This document shows, piece by piece, positions 29,458 to 39,989 of a stretch of 64,000 bases of DNA (position 1 is the stretch's first letter; every line of letters starts with the position of its first letter). The notes under the pieces are model-generated. The model did no database searches. It saw only the letters and a program-made list of their open reading frames with translations, and was not told the origin of the DNA. Origin of the DNA: Planctomycetota bacterium (GTDB lineage: Bacteria; Planctomycetota; Planctomycetia; JALXBF01); contig JALSID010000115.1 of the NCBI GenBank assembly GCA_026981825.1, positions 4,198-68,197 on the forward strand, in the 5' to 3' direction. The translations under genes were made by a program, and so were the position numbers.

Positions 29458-31839
29458 ATGGGCCCTAGTCGGCGCAGCTTCTTCCGCAGACTGGCGGGAC
29501 TGCTCACGCTCGGTCTCTATCGGCCGCAAGCTGATGCCTCTACTCCCAGCGACTTGACTCTACCGCCGGGCCAGGACGTGGTGCGCCCTCCGAGGACGGG
29601 CGAAACGCATATCAGAGCGCACTATGACGTGGTGGTCGTCGGTGGCGGCATCGCGGGGACCTGCTGTGCGATCGCAGCGGCGCGAAACGGAGCCCGCGTC
29701 GCTCTGGTCCACAACCGCCCCATGCTCGGGGGAAACTCCTCCAGCGAAGTCAAACTCTATCCGGAAAACAACAGTGCCCACCAGCCCTGGATCAAGGAAG
29801 GGGGTATCCATGAAGAGTTCCACACCGAAGAACGCGTCCGGAATCACCAGCCCTACGTGGAGGGGCTGATGAACTGCCACTGGGACCTGGTGCTGTACGA
29901 ATGGGCGATTCGCGAGCGATCACTTACCCTCCTGCTCAACACCCACATGCACCGGGTCCATATGGCTTCCAGGCACCGTATCCGCTCCATCGAAGCAATC
30001 CAGCTCGGAACCGAGAAAACGTACGAACTGTCCGCCGAAATCTTCGTGGACTGCACAGGTGACGGCTACCTCGGCTATCTTGCCGGAGCCGAGTTTCGCT
30101 GGGGTCGAGAGGGACGAGGCGAATTCAACGAACCGCTCGCTCCCGAGCAGCCAGACGACAAGGTAATGGGCAACACGATCTTCTTCCGCGCCTGGGATAT
30201 TGGCCGGCCCGTTCCCTTCAAACGCCCCGACTGGGCCGCCGAGTTTCCCACCGAAAGGGACCTCACCGCGCGCGGGCATTCCTTCATCGAAGGTGGTTAT
30301 TGGTGGATTGAGGTGGGCGCCCCATACCATCCCATTCACGACAACGACAAGATTACCCACGAGCTGCTTCGCCAGGCCCTCGGCGTTTGGGATCACATCA
30401 AGAACAAGGGAGACCATGGTGCCGAGAACTACGGCCTGGAGTTCGTCGGCTTCTGGCCGTACAAGCGCGAGGCCCGCCGCCTACGCGGTGACTACATCCT
30501 CACCCAACAACACGTCCAGGACCCGCCCGAATTGCCCGACAGCGTGGCATACGGCTGTTGGGGAATCGACATCCACGTTCAGGGTGGAATTTTGAACCGC
30601 CATGAGCCCCCCTACCCCCCACCACGCACCAATGACAACTGGGACCAGCTTGGTACGCTCGTCTACCCGATTCCCCTGCGCGCGCTGTATTCGCGCAACG
30701 TCCAGAACCTGATGATGGCCGGCCGGCCAATCAGTTGCACCTACATCGCGTTCGCCTCCAGCCGAGTCCTCTCTACCGGAGCGATCGTCGGACAAGCCGT
30801 GGGTACTGCCGCCGCACTCGCCGTGAGGCATCGGGTCCCGCCCCGCACCGTTGCTCAGCGGCACATCAAGGAATGCCAGCAATTGCTGTTGAGACAGGAC
30901 TGCCACATACCCGGAGTGGAGAACGAAGATCCCCAAGATCTGGCCCGCCAGGCCACCGTCACGGCAAGCAGCTCAGCTCGGCTGGTGTTTCCCCCCAAAC
31001 CGCTAGGGAGCTGGTCGCTAGGCAGACCTCTCGCCCAGGTGTTCCCCGTAAGCGGAGATCGAATCCAAGCCGTGAAGCTATGGCTGCGCTCTGTTGCCGA
31101 TCGGCCGGTACCCATCACCGTTGGGCTGCGACAGGCGCCCCATGTGTGGGATTTCCGCTCTACCAGTGATATCGCCAAGGCCGACGCGGTGGTCCCCCCC
31201 AGACATAACGGCCCGGTCGAGGTCGTATTCGACGCTCGGGTCAAGCCTCGCAAGCTGTACTACGTCTACGTGGACCGGGCGCCCGGCATCTTTTGGCAAG
31301 CCCATCGTGACGAGCCCGGTAAACCCAGCCTGGTCCCCCCTGGCGTGACTCCTGCCGACCTGCCCGGCTCGAAGATGTGGCGACCGGCCACGGGCGGCCG
31401 AGCTTTTCTCATGGAGCTGGATCCGCCCTCCTACCCCTTTGGTCCAGAGAACGTCAACCGAGGTACGAATCGGCCGGACCGGTGGACGAATATCTGGATC
31501 TCCGACCCCCAGGCAGGCCTGCCCGCCTGGATCGAACTCCGTTGGGATCGTCCGATCCAGTTCAACCTCGTCCAGATCACCTTCGATACCGACGCCCTCA
31601 AACGTGTGACCCTGCCCCTATTCCGCTACCCTGAATGCGTTCGTGACTACAGCATCCTGGTCTGGAAAAAGGGGAGGTGGGAGGAGCTTTGCACCGTCAC
31701 GGGCAACTACGTCCGCCGTCGGGCACATCGGTTTGACCCTATCACCGCGGATCGGCTCCGGGTACTCGTTCACGCGACAAACGGTGCGCCCTCGGCCCGA
31801 ATCTACGAGATCCGTGTGTACAACGAGCCGGTCTCCTGA
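29458..31839 (+). CDS. Tat-secreted FAD-dependent oxidoreductase (pfam12831-like) with a C-terminal beta-sandwich (discoidin-like) domain
   Basis: Start at MGPSRRSFFRRLAGLLTLGL (twin-arginine motif SRRSFF). A Rossmann dinucleotide motif YDVVVVGGGIAGTCCAIAAARNGARVALV follows. The C-terminus DRLRVLVHATNGAPSARIYEIRVYN is discoidin-like. The listed ORF begins earlier at 29116, but there is no signal for that. Confidence 0.7.
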   Translation: MGPSRRSFFRRLAGLLTLGLYRPQADASTPSDLTLPPGQDVVRPPRTGETHIRAHYDVVVVGGGIAGTCCAIAAARNGARVALVHNRPMLGGNSSSEVKLYPENNSAHQPWIKEGGIHEEFHTEERVRNHQPYVEGLMNCHWDLVLYEWAIRERSLTLLLNTHMHRVHMASRHRIRSIEAIQLGTEKTYELSAEIFVDCTGDGYLGYLAGAEFRWGREGRGEFNEPLAPEQPDDKVMGNTIFFRAWDIGRPVPFKRPDWAAEFPTERDLTARGHSFIEGGYWWIEVGAPYHPIHDNDKITHELLRQALGVWDHIKNKGDHGAENYGLEFVGFWPYKREARRLRGDYILTQQHVQDPPELPDSVAYGCWGIDIHVQGGILNRHEPPYPPPRTNDNWDQLGTLVYPIPLRALYSRNVQNLMMAGRPISCTYIAFASSRVLSTGAIVGQAVGTAAALAVRHRVPPRTVAQRHIKECQQLLLRQDCHIPGVENEDPQDLARQATVTASSSARLVFPPKPLGSWSLGRPLAQVFPVSGDRIQAVKLWLRSVADRPVPITVGLRQAPHVWDFRSTSDIAKADAVVPPRHNGPVEVVFDARVKPRKLYYVYVDRAPGIFWQAHRDEPGKPSLVPPGVTPADLPGSKMWRPATGGRAFLMELDPPSYPFGPENVNRGTNRPDRWTNIWISDPQAGLPAWIELRWDRPIQFNLVQITFDTDALKRVTLPLFRYPECVRDYSILVWKKGRWEELCTVTGNYVRRRAHRFDPITADRLRVLVHATNGAPSARIYEIRVYNEPVS

Positions 31840-32199
31840 GATAGAGTGTCGCAATGCAGAACCGTGAACGCCGCAGCAGGGGCGATCGCCCGCATTACGC
31901 TCCGGCTCGCGGTAGGGAAACCGGTGGCGTGAGAATAACGTGAGCGTGCAAACACGGGGGTCCCAGGGAGCCCACGCCGGTAAGCGGTTGCGAGCGTGCC
32001 TCCGGTCCGGCGTTCGGAAGCGTCATCCCGTAAAAAAGGATCAGGGCCGTCTCCGAGCTGAAGGGGTAGAAGGGGAGAGGTGGGCCCGTGGCAGTATCGC
32101 TGCCGTGCTCAACCGGTCCCGATGAGGATCGGAGCGTCCCCCGAGCTGTGGCACTGGTCCCGATCTGAATGGGACAAGTACCTCGAGCAGGTGCCGGCT

Positions 32200-33783
32200 A
32201 TGACATCGACAGAACGCGAAGCGATGCCCTGTACGCCAAAACCCGTGGCGGACTCCGCCAGGCGTAACTCGTTCACCGTGTTGCCGGAGCCCACGGTCTT
32301 TGTGGTCTTCGGGGCCACGGGGGATCTCATGCGGCGCAAGCTCATGCCGGCCCTCTACAACCTGCATCTGGACGGTCTGCTCCCCGAACAGACCGTAATC
32401 GTGGGCGTGGGACGGCGAGAACTCAGCGACGACCAGTTCCGCAACATGATGCGCGAAGCTGTCCGGGACCACTCCCGGAGGGGAATCGGTGATGAACAAC
32501 GCTGGGAGTCGCTCAGTCAGCGCACCTTCTACGTGCGGTGTGCTTTCACAACCACCGAAGGCCTGCAAGAGCTCAAAGGGAAGCTCGATCAACTGGACGA
32601 GCAGTACGGCACGGGTCGCCGAAGATTGTTCTATCTGGCGGTTCCCCCCCACCTGTTCGAGCCTATTGTCAAGGCATTGCGCGAAACCGGCCAGGGAGAC
32701 CTGCGCGCCGATGTGGCCGATGACTGGAGACGGCTTGTGGTCGAGAAGCCCGTGGGGACAGATTTCCGGTCAGCTTGCCGCCTAAATCACGAAATCAGTC
32801 TCACGTTCCACGAGCGGCATGTCTTTCGTATCGACCATTACCTGGGCAAGTTCACCGTCCAGAATCTGTTGGTGTTCCGGTTTGCGAACGCACTTTGGGA
32901 GCCCGTCTGGAACCGGAACCACATCGACCACGTGCAGATCACCGTGGCAGAAGACATCGGTGTGGCAGACCGCGGTGAGTATTACGACGCCACAGGAGCG
33001 CTTCGGGACATGGTGCAGAACCACCTCCTCCAGTTGCTTTGCCTCACCGCGATGGAACCGCCGGCATCCCTCGAGGCAGACGCGATACGCGACGAAAAGG
33101 TCAAGGTTCTTCGCGCCATCCAAACGACGGCACCGGCTCAACCGGGTCCGGTCGTCGTTCGTGGGCAGTACACGCGCGGCTACGTGGACGGCAAGGAGGT
33201 GCCCGGATATCGGGAGGAGCCCGAGGTGGCGCCGGATTCGACGACCGAGACGTTCGTGGCGTTGAAGCTGTTCGTGGACAACTGGCGGTGGGCGGGCGTG
33301 CCGTTCTACCTGCGTACCGGTAAACGGCTCGCTCGGCGCGTGACCCAGATCGTCATCGAGTTCCTCCGGCCCCCATCCGTACTGTTTTCGAAGCAGTTCC
33401 CCCAGAGTATCCAGAGCAACGCTCTCGTGATCGAGATCCAGCCCGACGAGGGGATCTCACTTGAATTCAACGCGAAAGTGCCCGGTACGCTCACGCAGAT
33501 CCGAACCGTGGACATGGAATTTAGCTTCGGGGACGATTTCGGCTCGTATTCTCCCGAAGCGTATGAGCGGCTCCTGCTGGATGCCATGCTTGGCGATGCC
33601 ACTCTGTTCACACGCCGGGACGAGGTCGAGCTTGCCTGGGCGATCGTGGACCCGATCCGCGCATGGTTCGACCAACTGCCTCCCCCCGAGCCGTATCGCG
33701 CCGGTACCTGGGGACCTCCGGGCGCCGACCGGATGATCGCCGCCGACGGACGGTTCTGGCGGAACCCGGACCAAGGGAATTAG
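32200..33783 (+). CDS. zwf: Glucose-6-phosphate 1-dehydrogenase
   Basis: NADP-binding [21 protein letters not shown] and active-site RIDHYLGK motifs; length about 527 aa from ATG 32200 (MTSTEREA) within ORF 32080..33783. Confidence 0.9.
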   Translation: MTSTEREAMPCTPKPVADSARRNSFTVLPEPTVFVVFGATGDLMRRKLMPALYNLHLDGLLPEQTVIVGVGRRELSDDQFRNMMREAVRDHSRRGIGDEQRWESLSQRTFYVRCAFTTTEGLQELKGKLDQLDEQYGTGRRRLFYLAVPPHLFEPIVKALRETGQGDLRADVADDWRRLVVEKPVGTDFRSACRLNHEISLTFHERHVFRIDHYLGKFTVQNLLVFRFANALWEPVWNRNHIDHVQITVAEDIGVADRGEYYDATGALRDMVQNHLLQLLCLTAMEPPASLEADAIRDEKVKVLRAIQTTAPAQPGPVVVRGQYTRGYVDGKEVPGYREEPEVAPDSTTETFVALKLFVDNWRWAGVPFYLRTGKRLARRVTQIVIEFLRPPSVLFSKQFPQSIQSNALVIEIQPDEGISLEFNAKVPGTLTQIRTVDMEFSFGDDFGSYSPEAYERLLLDAMLGDATLFTRRDEVELAWAIVDPIRAWFDQLPPPEPYRAGTWGPPGADRMIAADGRFWRNPDQGN

Positions 33784-33953
33784 GCCGCCATCACCCAGGC
33801 GTTACACGCCCCTAGCCCGTTAGCAAGCCCGCCCGCGGCTCTTACGCGAAGTCCGCCCCCACGCACCCGTAAAATGCCACAATCACGAACAGGGAGCCGC
33901 TTCAGACGGCCCCCTTCTCTGGACTTACTCCATGTGCTTATCGAAAAGCAACT

Positions 33954-36900
33954 ATGACGACGCGAACGATGTTTCGAGGCAAAGCACTCTGCACGATTAT
34001 CACCGTCGGCTTGTTCTGCACGATCCTGTGCCCGCAAACCGCCCACGCTGCCGACCGGGTACTGGTGCTGGGCAAGAGCCTGAGCGAACTTTTGCCGGAT
34101 GCATACAGGGCCACCGAGCAAGGCTTGCCTTCCTCGGCCGTCCCCCCTGAGCTGATCGAACAGCACCGCGCTGTGATTGTCGATCTCACTGGTGTTACCC
34201 CCGACCGACTCGACGCGGTCGTTACCCTGGCCCGCCAGTTCGTGCAGGCCGGGAAGGGCTGTGTGTTTGTGGGCGTCGCTCGGGAGCTGTCTCCCCTGTC
34301 CGCCCTCGTCGGCGCTCAGGTCAGCGGCCCGACGGGGGCCTTCAAGGCACGTCTCTGGTTCATCGACACCGGTCACCCTGTCAGCAAGGGGCTGCGTGGA
34401 ACAATATGCCCCCTAAAGAGGATCGAAACAGGGGAGCTCTCCAACGATTGTCGTGCCCTTGTTGCTGCCTACCAGGATGGCGGTCTCCAACCCTACGTCT
34501 GGCTGCGCAGGTTTCCCTCTCGTGGCCGTCTGTTCATCAGCCTTCTGCCGAAAGAGACCTACACGACGCCCGTCTTCCGCGAACTGGTAGCTCGCGCCGT
34601 GCGGTGGGCGACCGGTGATCTCAACCTCGATCGTTCGGTCTTCCGCTACAAGGAGGTCGAAAACATCCCTGTGTACCGACCCGACCGCCGGGTAGAGCGT
34701 CAGACGAAGATGCAACTGCCCCTTCCCGCAGAGCTCTCCATGCAGAGATATGCCCTTCCGGAAGGCCTCCGGCTGCAACTGTTCGCAAGCGAACCCCTCG
34801 TCGTCAAACCGATTTGCATGACCTTCGGTCCACGCGGCCGCCTCTGGGTGGTGGAGTCGGTAGACTATCCGAACAACGTCCTCCCCAACCCCGAACGAAA
34901 CGGTAACGATCGGATCAAGATTCTGGAAGACACGGACGGAGACGGTCGAGCGGACAAAGCCACCATCTTCGCGGACAAGCTCAATATCCCGACCAGCCTT
35001 CTCCACGTCAGAGGTGGTCTGCTCGTTGCCTGCGCCCCCCACATCCTCTTTCTCAAGGACACCGACGGCGACAGGCGTGCCGACGTGCGCCGCATCGTTT
35101 TCACCGGCTTCGGTCGTGCCGACACCCATGCCGTCCACGCCAACTTCCACTACGGGTTCGACAACTGGATCTGGGCCACGGTCGGGTACAGCGGCGGAGA
35201 AATCAAGCTCCACGGCAAGCGGATCAGCTTTCGCCAGGGCGTGTTCCGATTCAAACCGGACGGCAGCGCTTTCGAGTTCGTAGCCCCCACAACAAACAAC
35301 ACGTGGGGACTGGGCTTCAGTCCCGACGGAGATGTGTTCGTCTCCACGGCCAATAACCAACACAGTTTTTACCTGGCCATACCCAACCGCTACTTCGAAC
35401 GGGTGCGGGGCTGGTACGCCACGGGAATCGCCAGAATCGAAGACCACAAGAGATACCACCCAATAGGACCGTACCGTCAGGTGGATTTCCACGGGGGGTT
35501 CACCGCCGCCAGCGGTCACAACTTCTACGGCGATACCCGCCTCTTGCCCATCTACAACAACCGGGCCGCCCTGGTGACAGAGCCGACGGGGCACCTGGTG
35601 CACGTCTGTCTACCGGTTCAGCGGGGCAGCGGTTTCGTTACTCGCGACGGCTACAACCTGGTAGCGAGCGATGACGAATGGGCAGCCCCCATTGCGGCTG
35701 CACCTGGTCCGGACGGTGCCGTCTGGTTCCTGGACTGGTACAACTTCATCGTGCAACACAATCCGACTCCCCCCGGTTTCCGAACCGGCCTCGGAAACGC
35801 CTATGAAACCCCCCTGCGCGACAAAACGCACGGACGCGTGTACCGGGTGGTGGCCGAAGGTGAAGCCCGGCAAGAGCAGCCGAATTTCCCGGATGCCTCC
35901 GATGACGAACTCGTTGCTTTGCTCGGCCACGAAAGCATGTGGTGGAGGCTGCACGCCCAGCAAGAGCTCGTCGAACGAGGCGACCTGTCCGTTGCGCCCA
36001 AGCTGGAATCGTTCGCCCGTGCAAACCGCGACTCGCGCGCGGCGATTCATGTCCTCTGGACTCTACACGGTCTGGGGGTAACCGACGAGCTCGTTCGCGC
36101 GGCCCGGGTGTGTCTGGGCAGCAAGCATCCGGCGGTCCGACGAGCCGCGGTCCAGACGTTGCCGCCTACTCGTGAAACCGTCGGCATCCTGCTCGAAGCC
36201 GGCGCCCTCAGTGATGACGACTTTCGAGTGCGGCTTGCGGTGCTCCTAAAGTTCGCCGATTGCCCCCCGGACGATCGTATCGCCGCCAAACTCGTCGGAG
36301 TTTTCCTTGACGAAAGCGTGGCTCGTGACCGCTGGCTCCCCCTGGCCGCCATCTGCGCGGCTGCCACGAATGACGTCGCTTTCCTGAAAGCCGCATGTAC
36401 GGTGGCTAGAGCGTCGGAACTGCTGGCACGGGCGGTAGAGGTGGTGGCGGAACATTGGAGTCGCGGAGCGCCCGCACCGGAACAATTCCGACAACTCGTT
36501 CGAACGTTGCAGAACGCGTCGGAGCCTGTCTTAAATGCCTTCTGTCAGGGGGTCATCCGTGGCTGGCCAAAAGGTCATGACGCGGGTAACCTCGATGAGT
36601 CGGACCGCCGGCTTGTCCTTCACCTGGTACGCTCCACTCCCCCTGCTGTGCGCCCTGGCCTTGTCCTGCTATTCCGCAGAGTGGGCTGGTCGGCACCCAT
36701 CGGCGAATTCGTCGCCAAGGTGCGGGAAGAATTGCTCCACAGGCTGGACAATCGTAGTCTGCCAACACGTGACCGACTTGAGGCGGCAGAGCGTCTCCTG
36801 AGACTCGATCCCTCCGACGAAACCGTCCGCGCGCTGGTGAGCCGTATCGCGGTTGCCGAACCGCCGGAGTTCAACAAGAGCCTGATCGATTTCCTGGCTC

Positions 36901-38204
36901 GCACGGATAGCCCAGCAGTGGCAAGCGAGCTTCTGCAGCGGTGGCGAACTTACTCGCCCGAACTGCGCCGCCTCGTCGTTCGAACCCTGTTGCAGCGTCC
37001 CGTTTGGGCGAGTCAACTGGTAGCCGCGCTGCGCGCCGGTGTCCTAAACCGCGCCGACCTCACCCTGGACCAACGTCAGCTTCTGCTCGCTCATCCGGAT
37101 CGACACATCCGCGAACAAGCGCAGGCCCTGTTTCAGGGGGCCGTTGTGTCTGCAGGTCGAGAGGACGTCCTGAAGCGGTACCTTCCGCTCGCCGACCGGA
37201 AAGGCAATCCAACGGCAGGTCGGAAAGTGTTCGAGGAGAACTGTGCGAAGTGCCACCGGTTCGAGGAGATCGGTGAGGCGGTGGGCCCGGATCTGACCGG
37301 AGTAGCTGTTCGCGGTCGTCGCGCGATCTTGACGGACATTCTCGACCCAAACCGCTCGGTCGAGGGCAACTTTACCCAGTATCTCGTGCTCACCCGGGAC
37401 GGAAGGGTCTTGACCGGCCTACTTGCTGCCGAGACCCGCACCGCCATCGAGCTTATCGACACAGAAGGAAACCGCGTGATCGTCTTAAGAGAAAACATTG
37501 AAGAGATCACGAATTCCGGCAAGTCGCTCATGCCGGAGGGGTTTGAGCAGCAGCTTAAGCCCGAGCAGATCGTTGATCTGCTCGCCTTCCTGACTCAGCA
37601 ACGACGGTTCGTCCCGATCCCTATCCGGCGTGCTGCCACGATCGTGACGACCCAGGGCATGTTCTACCGCAAGGAGTCCCCCACCGAGCGATTGGTCTTC
37701 AGCGATTGGGGGCCGAAAACGTTTAAGGGAGTCCCGTTCCACCTCGTGGATCCCAAAAGCACGCTTCAGCCGAACGCGATCATGCTGTACAGCCCGAATG
37801 GTGCCGTCAGCCGAGAGATGCCGCGGCGTGCAGAGGTGGAGTGCAATCTGCCTGCCCGGGTTGTCCACATCCTGGGCGGCGTAGCCGGTTGGGGCTACCC
37901 GGCCTCACCCGCGGGTACGACCTCCATGGTCGTCCGGTTTCATTACGCCGACGGTTCCTCCGAGGACCACCGGCTGATCAACGGCGTACACGTCGCCGAC
38001 TACATTCGCGTGGTTGACGTACCCGGATCGGAGCTTGCCTTCGTCCTGCGGGGCAGACAGCTTCGCTACCTCGCGATCGAACCAAAGAAACGGGAAGTTA
38101 TCCGGAAGATCGAGTTTCTGAAAGGCGACGATAATACGGCCCCCATCGTAATGGCGATTACGGTCGAACTGCCCGGCGAAGGACGTGCCAGCTCGGGTAG
38201 CTAG
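33954..38204 (+). CDS. 1416-aa secreted multidomain protein. Domains: ThuA-like N-terminal domain, glucose/sorbosone-dehydrogenase-like beta-propeller ('membrane-bound dehydrogenase domain'), HEAT repeats, c-type heme CxxCH domain, C-terminal domain of unknown function (PVC-type heme-binding protein family)
   Basis: Signal peptide MTTRTMFRGKALCTIITVGLFCTILCPQTAHAA. Propeller-like blocks (DGDGRADK, DGDRRADV, FSPDGDVFVS). HEAT-like repeats (AVRRAAVQTLPP...). A single CAKCHRFEEIGEAVGPDLTG heme-binding motif is followed by LMPEGFEQQLKPEQIVDLLAFL. It is collinear with ORF 57821..61915 through the propeller, HEAT and heme regions. Confidence 0.8.
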   Translation: MTTRTMFRGKALCTIITVGLFCTILCPQTAHAADRVLVLGKSLSELLPDAYRATEQGLPSSAVPPELIEQHRAVIVDLTGVTPDRLDAVVTLARQFVQAGKGCVFVGVARELSPLSALVGAQVSGPTGAFKARLWFIDTGHPVSKGLRGTICPLKRIETGELSNDCRALVAAYQDGGLQPYVWLRRFPSRGRLFISLLPKETYTTPVFRELVARAVRWATGDLNLDRSVFRYKEVENIPVYRPDRRVERQTKMQLPLPAELSMQRYALPEGLRLQLFASEPLVVKPICMTFGPRGRLWVVESVDYPNNVLPNPERNGNDRIKILEDTDGDGRADKATIFADKLNIPTSLLHVRGGLLVACAPHILFLKDTDGDRRADVRRIVFTGFGRADTHAVHANFHYGFDNWIWATVGYSGGEIKLHGKRISFRQGVFRFKPDGSAFEFVAPTTNNTWGLGFSPDGDVFVSTANNQHSFYLAIPNRYFERVRGWYATGIARIEDHKRYHPIGPYRQVDFHGGFTAASGHNFYGDTRLLPIYNNRAALVTEPTGHLVHVCLPVQRGSGFVTRDGYNLVASDDEWAAPIAAAPGPDGAVWFLDWYNFIVQHNPTPPGFRTGLGNAYETPLRDKTHGRVYRVVAEGEARQEQPNFPDASDDELVALLGHESMWWRLHAQQELVERGDLSVAPKLESFARANRDSRAAIHVLWTLHGLGVTDELVRAARVCLGSKHPAVRRAAVQTLPPTRETVGILLEAGALSDDDFRVRLAVLLKFADCPPDDRIAAKLVGVFLDESVARDRWLPLAAICAAATNDVAFLKAACTVARASELLARAVEVVAEHWSRGAPAPEQFRQLVRTLQNASEPVLNAFCQGVIRGWPKGHDAGNLDESDRRLVLHLVRSTPPAVRPGLVLLFRRVGWSAPIGEFVAKVREELLHRLDNRSLPTRDRLEAAERLLRLDPSDETVRALVSRIAVAEPPEFNKSLIDFLARTDSPAVASELLQRWRTYSPELRRLVVRTLLQRPVWASQLVAALRAGVLNRADLTLDQRQLLLAHPDRHIREQAQALFQGAVVSAGREDVLKRYLPLADRKGNPTAGRKVFEENCAKCHRFEEIGEAVGPDLTGVAVRGRRAILTDILDPNRSVEGNFTQYLVLTRDGRVLTGLLAAETRTAIELIDTEGNRVIVLRENIEEITNSGKSLMPEGFEQQLKPEQIVDLLAFLTQQRRFVPIPIRRAATIVTTQGMFYRKESPTERLVFSDWGPKTFKGVPFHLVDPKSTLQPNAIMLYSPNGAVSREMPRRAEVECNLPARVVHILGGVAGWGYPASPAGTTSMVVRFHYADGSSEDHRLINGVHVADYIRVVDVPGSELAFVLRGRQLRYLAIEPKKREVIRKIEFLKGDDNTAPIVMAITVELPGEGRASSGS

Positions 38205-38461
38205 CGGGCCAGTGAATGACACCGCGATGCTCCAGTCGAAGCCCCACGGCTTCCATAGTCGCGGCTTTCCCGTCGACGACGTCGGGTTCGCGCGATCTCG
38301 TTCCACAGCCCCTCTCCCGCTACCGTGCCCTTCCGACAGGCGCACCGATTGGCTTCCGGGTTGCCCACGTGAGCCAGTCTTAAAACTGTTGGTCCGCCTC
38401 GCCCAACGGTTCTGGATGCGCTGAGGCATCGCTGCCGCGTACCCCTGGAAGCTGGACCGGT

Positions 38462-39853
38462 TTAGCGCCTCTCTCTCGAAGGCCAGGGCACCTCTGGGCT
38501 GTCCGTCGCTCGCGCCCGGAAAAAGGCTGGACACGGACGCGTTGACCGGATCTGTTCGATCCAGATCACCCCGTCGAACGCGCCGCTGTTGCCCCGGGTC
38601 GTGAGGAAGTCTACCAGTCCGTCCTCATTGAGATCGGTTGGAATGAACATGTCGTACATTGCCCGACGGCGGCGCGATATCGGATAGCGGATCCACAGCT
38701 CCGTCGGTCGCTCGGGCTGCTTAAACCAGACCAGGCAGCCGCACCTGTCCGACGGACGGATTACGGCCGGTTCGTGTAGGCGGGGGCCGGCACTGTAGCC
38801 CCCCACGATTAGATCCTTTTGACCATCGCCGTCGATGTCCGCTAGCCCGAGCCCTGTCGCCCAGTCGGGAGAGACATCGCCGATAAGGTGGAGCTGCCAC
38901 CGGCCTCCGTCCATCCGCGCCGGCTGCTGCAGCCAGAATACCCGCCCGCCGTGGTCCTCTTCCGTAATGATGTCCAGCCGACCGTCCCTATCGAGATCAA
39001 TGAACTGCATCATGAAGCCCTCGCTCGGAGGATTTGAACCCGAGTAGATGGGGATCGTTCGCCAGGTGTCCCGCTCGCGGTCCAGACAGACGATCCGCTT
39101 CTCGCCTCTGCTAGCGGCGACGAGCTCCAACGTGCCATCCCCGTCTAAATCGACGGGGCGCACGTTGATGGGGGTCCTGCACCGCCAGACCACTTTCTCC
39201 GTCCATTCGCGACCGTTGCGGGGTTGAGCCCCAGGGTAGAGAATAGACACGCTTGTCCCCCCTTTGTTCGCCGCCACCAGCTCGTTGTGCCCGTCTCCGT
39301 CGAGGTCCACCACTGCCAGGCGGATCCAGCTCCCACGCCCACGCGTGGCTTGCACGATCACGGGTAGCCAACCGCTGTGCTCGCGCGGCCGCCCCAGGTT
39401 GAAGAAGACGACAACATGGCCGCGTTCGCACGCCACGGCCACGTCATCCCAGCCGTTGCCGTCCAGATCACCGATGGAAACGTCTTCGCAATCCCCGACA
39501 AGCGGCCCCTTACCAAGCGTGAGGCTCCCCGACCATCCCGGCTGACGACGGACCTCGATTGGCCCCCCGAATACAGCGCGAACATGGGAACTGTCCTCAT
39601 GCACGGCAATCACGTCGATAAAGCCGTCCCGATCAAGGTCCCCCACTGCCAGCCCGTCGGCCCCCAGAATGCGCTCGCCGGCGACGCCCCCATCATCGAC
39701 GATGTGCTCGCGCCAGGCGATGTAGGCGCCTCGCGATATACGAGCCGCAGGGAAGGGATGATCGGAACCGACTGGGCCGGACGCCAGGGAGAACCACACG
39801 GCCAGCACTAGCTGCAGAAATACGCCGCACATGGCTGTCTGCACCTTTTCCAT
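38462..39853 (-). CDS. Secreted FG-GAP repeat (integrin-alpha-like beta-propeller) protein
   Basis: Signal-like N-terminus. Multiple DLDGDGxxD / DLDRDGxxD / DIDGDGxKD Ca-binding FG-GAP motifs spaced about 50-60 aa apart. Confidence 0.75.
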   Translation of the reverse strand: MEKVQTAMCGVFLQLVLAVWFSLASGPVGSDHPFPAARISRGAYIAWREHIVDDGGVAGERILGADGLAVGDLDRDGFIDVIAVHEDSSHVRAVFGGPIEVRRQPGWSGSLTLGKGPLVGDCEDVSIGDLDGNGWDDVAVACERGHVVVFFNLGRPREHSGWLPVIVQATRGRGSWIRLAVVDLDGDGHNELVAANKGGTSVSILYPGAQPRNGREWTEKVVWRCRTPINVRPVDLDGDGTLELVAASRGEKRIVCLDRERDTWRTIPIYSGSNPPSEGFMMQFIDLDRDGRLDIITEEDHGGRVFWLQQPARMDGGRWQLHLIGDVSPDWATGLGLADIDGDGQKDLIVGGYSAGPRLHEPAVIRPSDRCGCLVWFKQPERPTELWIRYPISRRRRAMYDMFIPTDLNEDGLVDFLTTRGNSGAFDGVIWIEQIRSTRPCPAFFRARATDSPEVPWPSRERR

Positions 39854-39989
39854 CGTCCCACCGCCACAGAGGAAAGCACGGCCGCGCTCGACAGAGCCGA
39901 CGCTAGTACCGATCGTACCAAGGCCTCAGACAGAAATGGCCCCTTGCGTAGTTCGCAAAGGGGCCAGGTTTCCGATGGCACGCGTAGCG

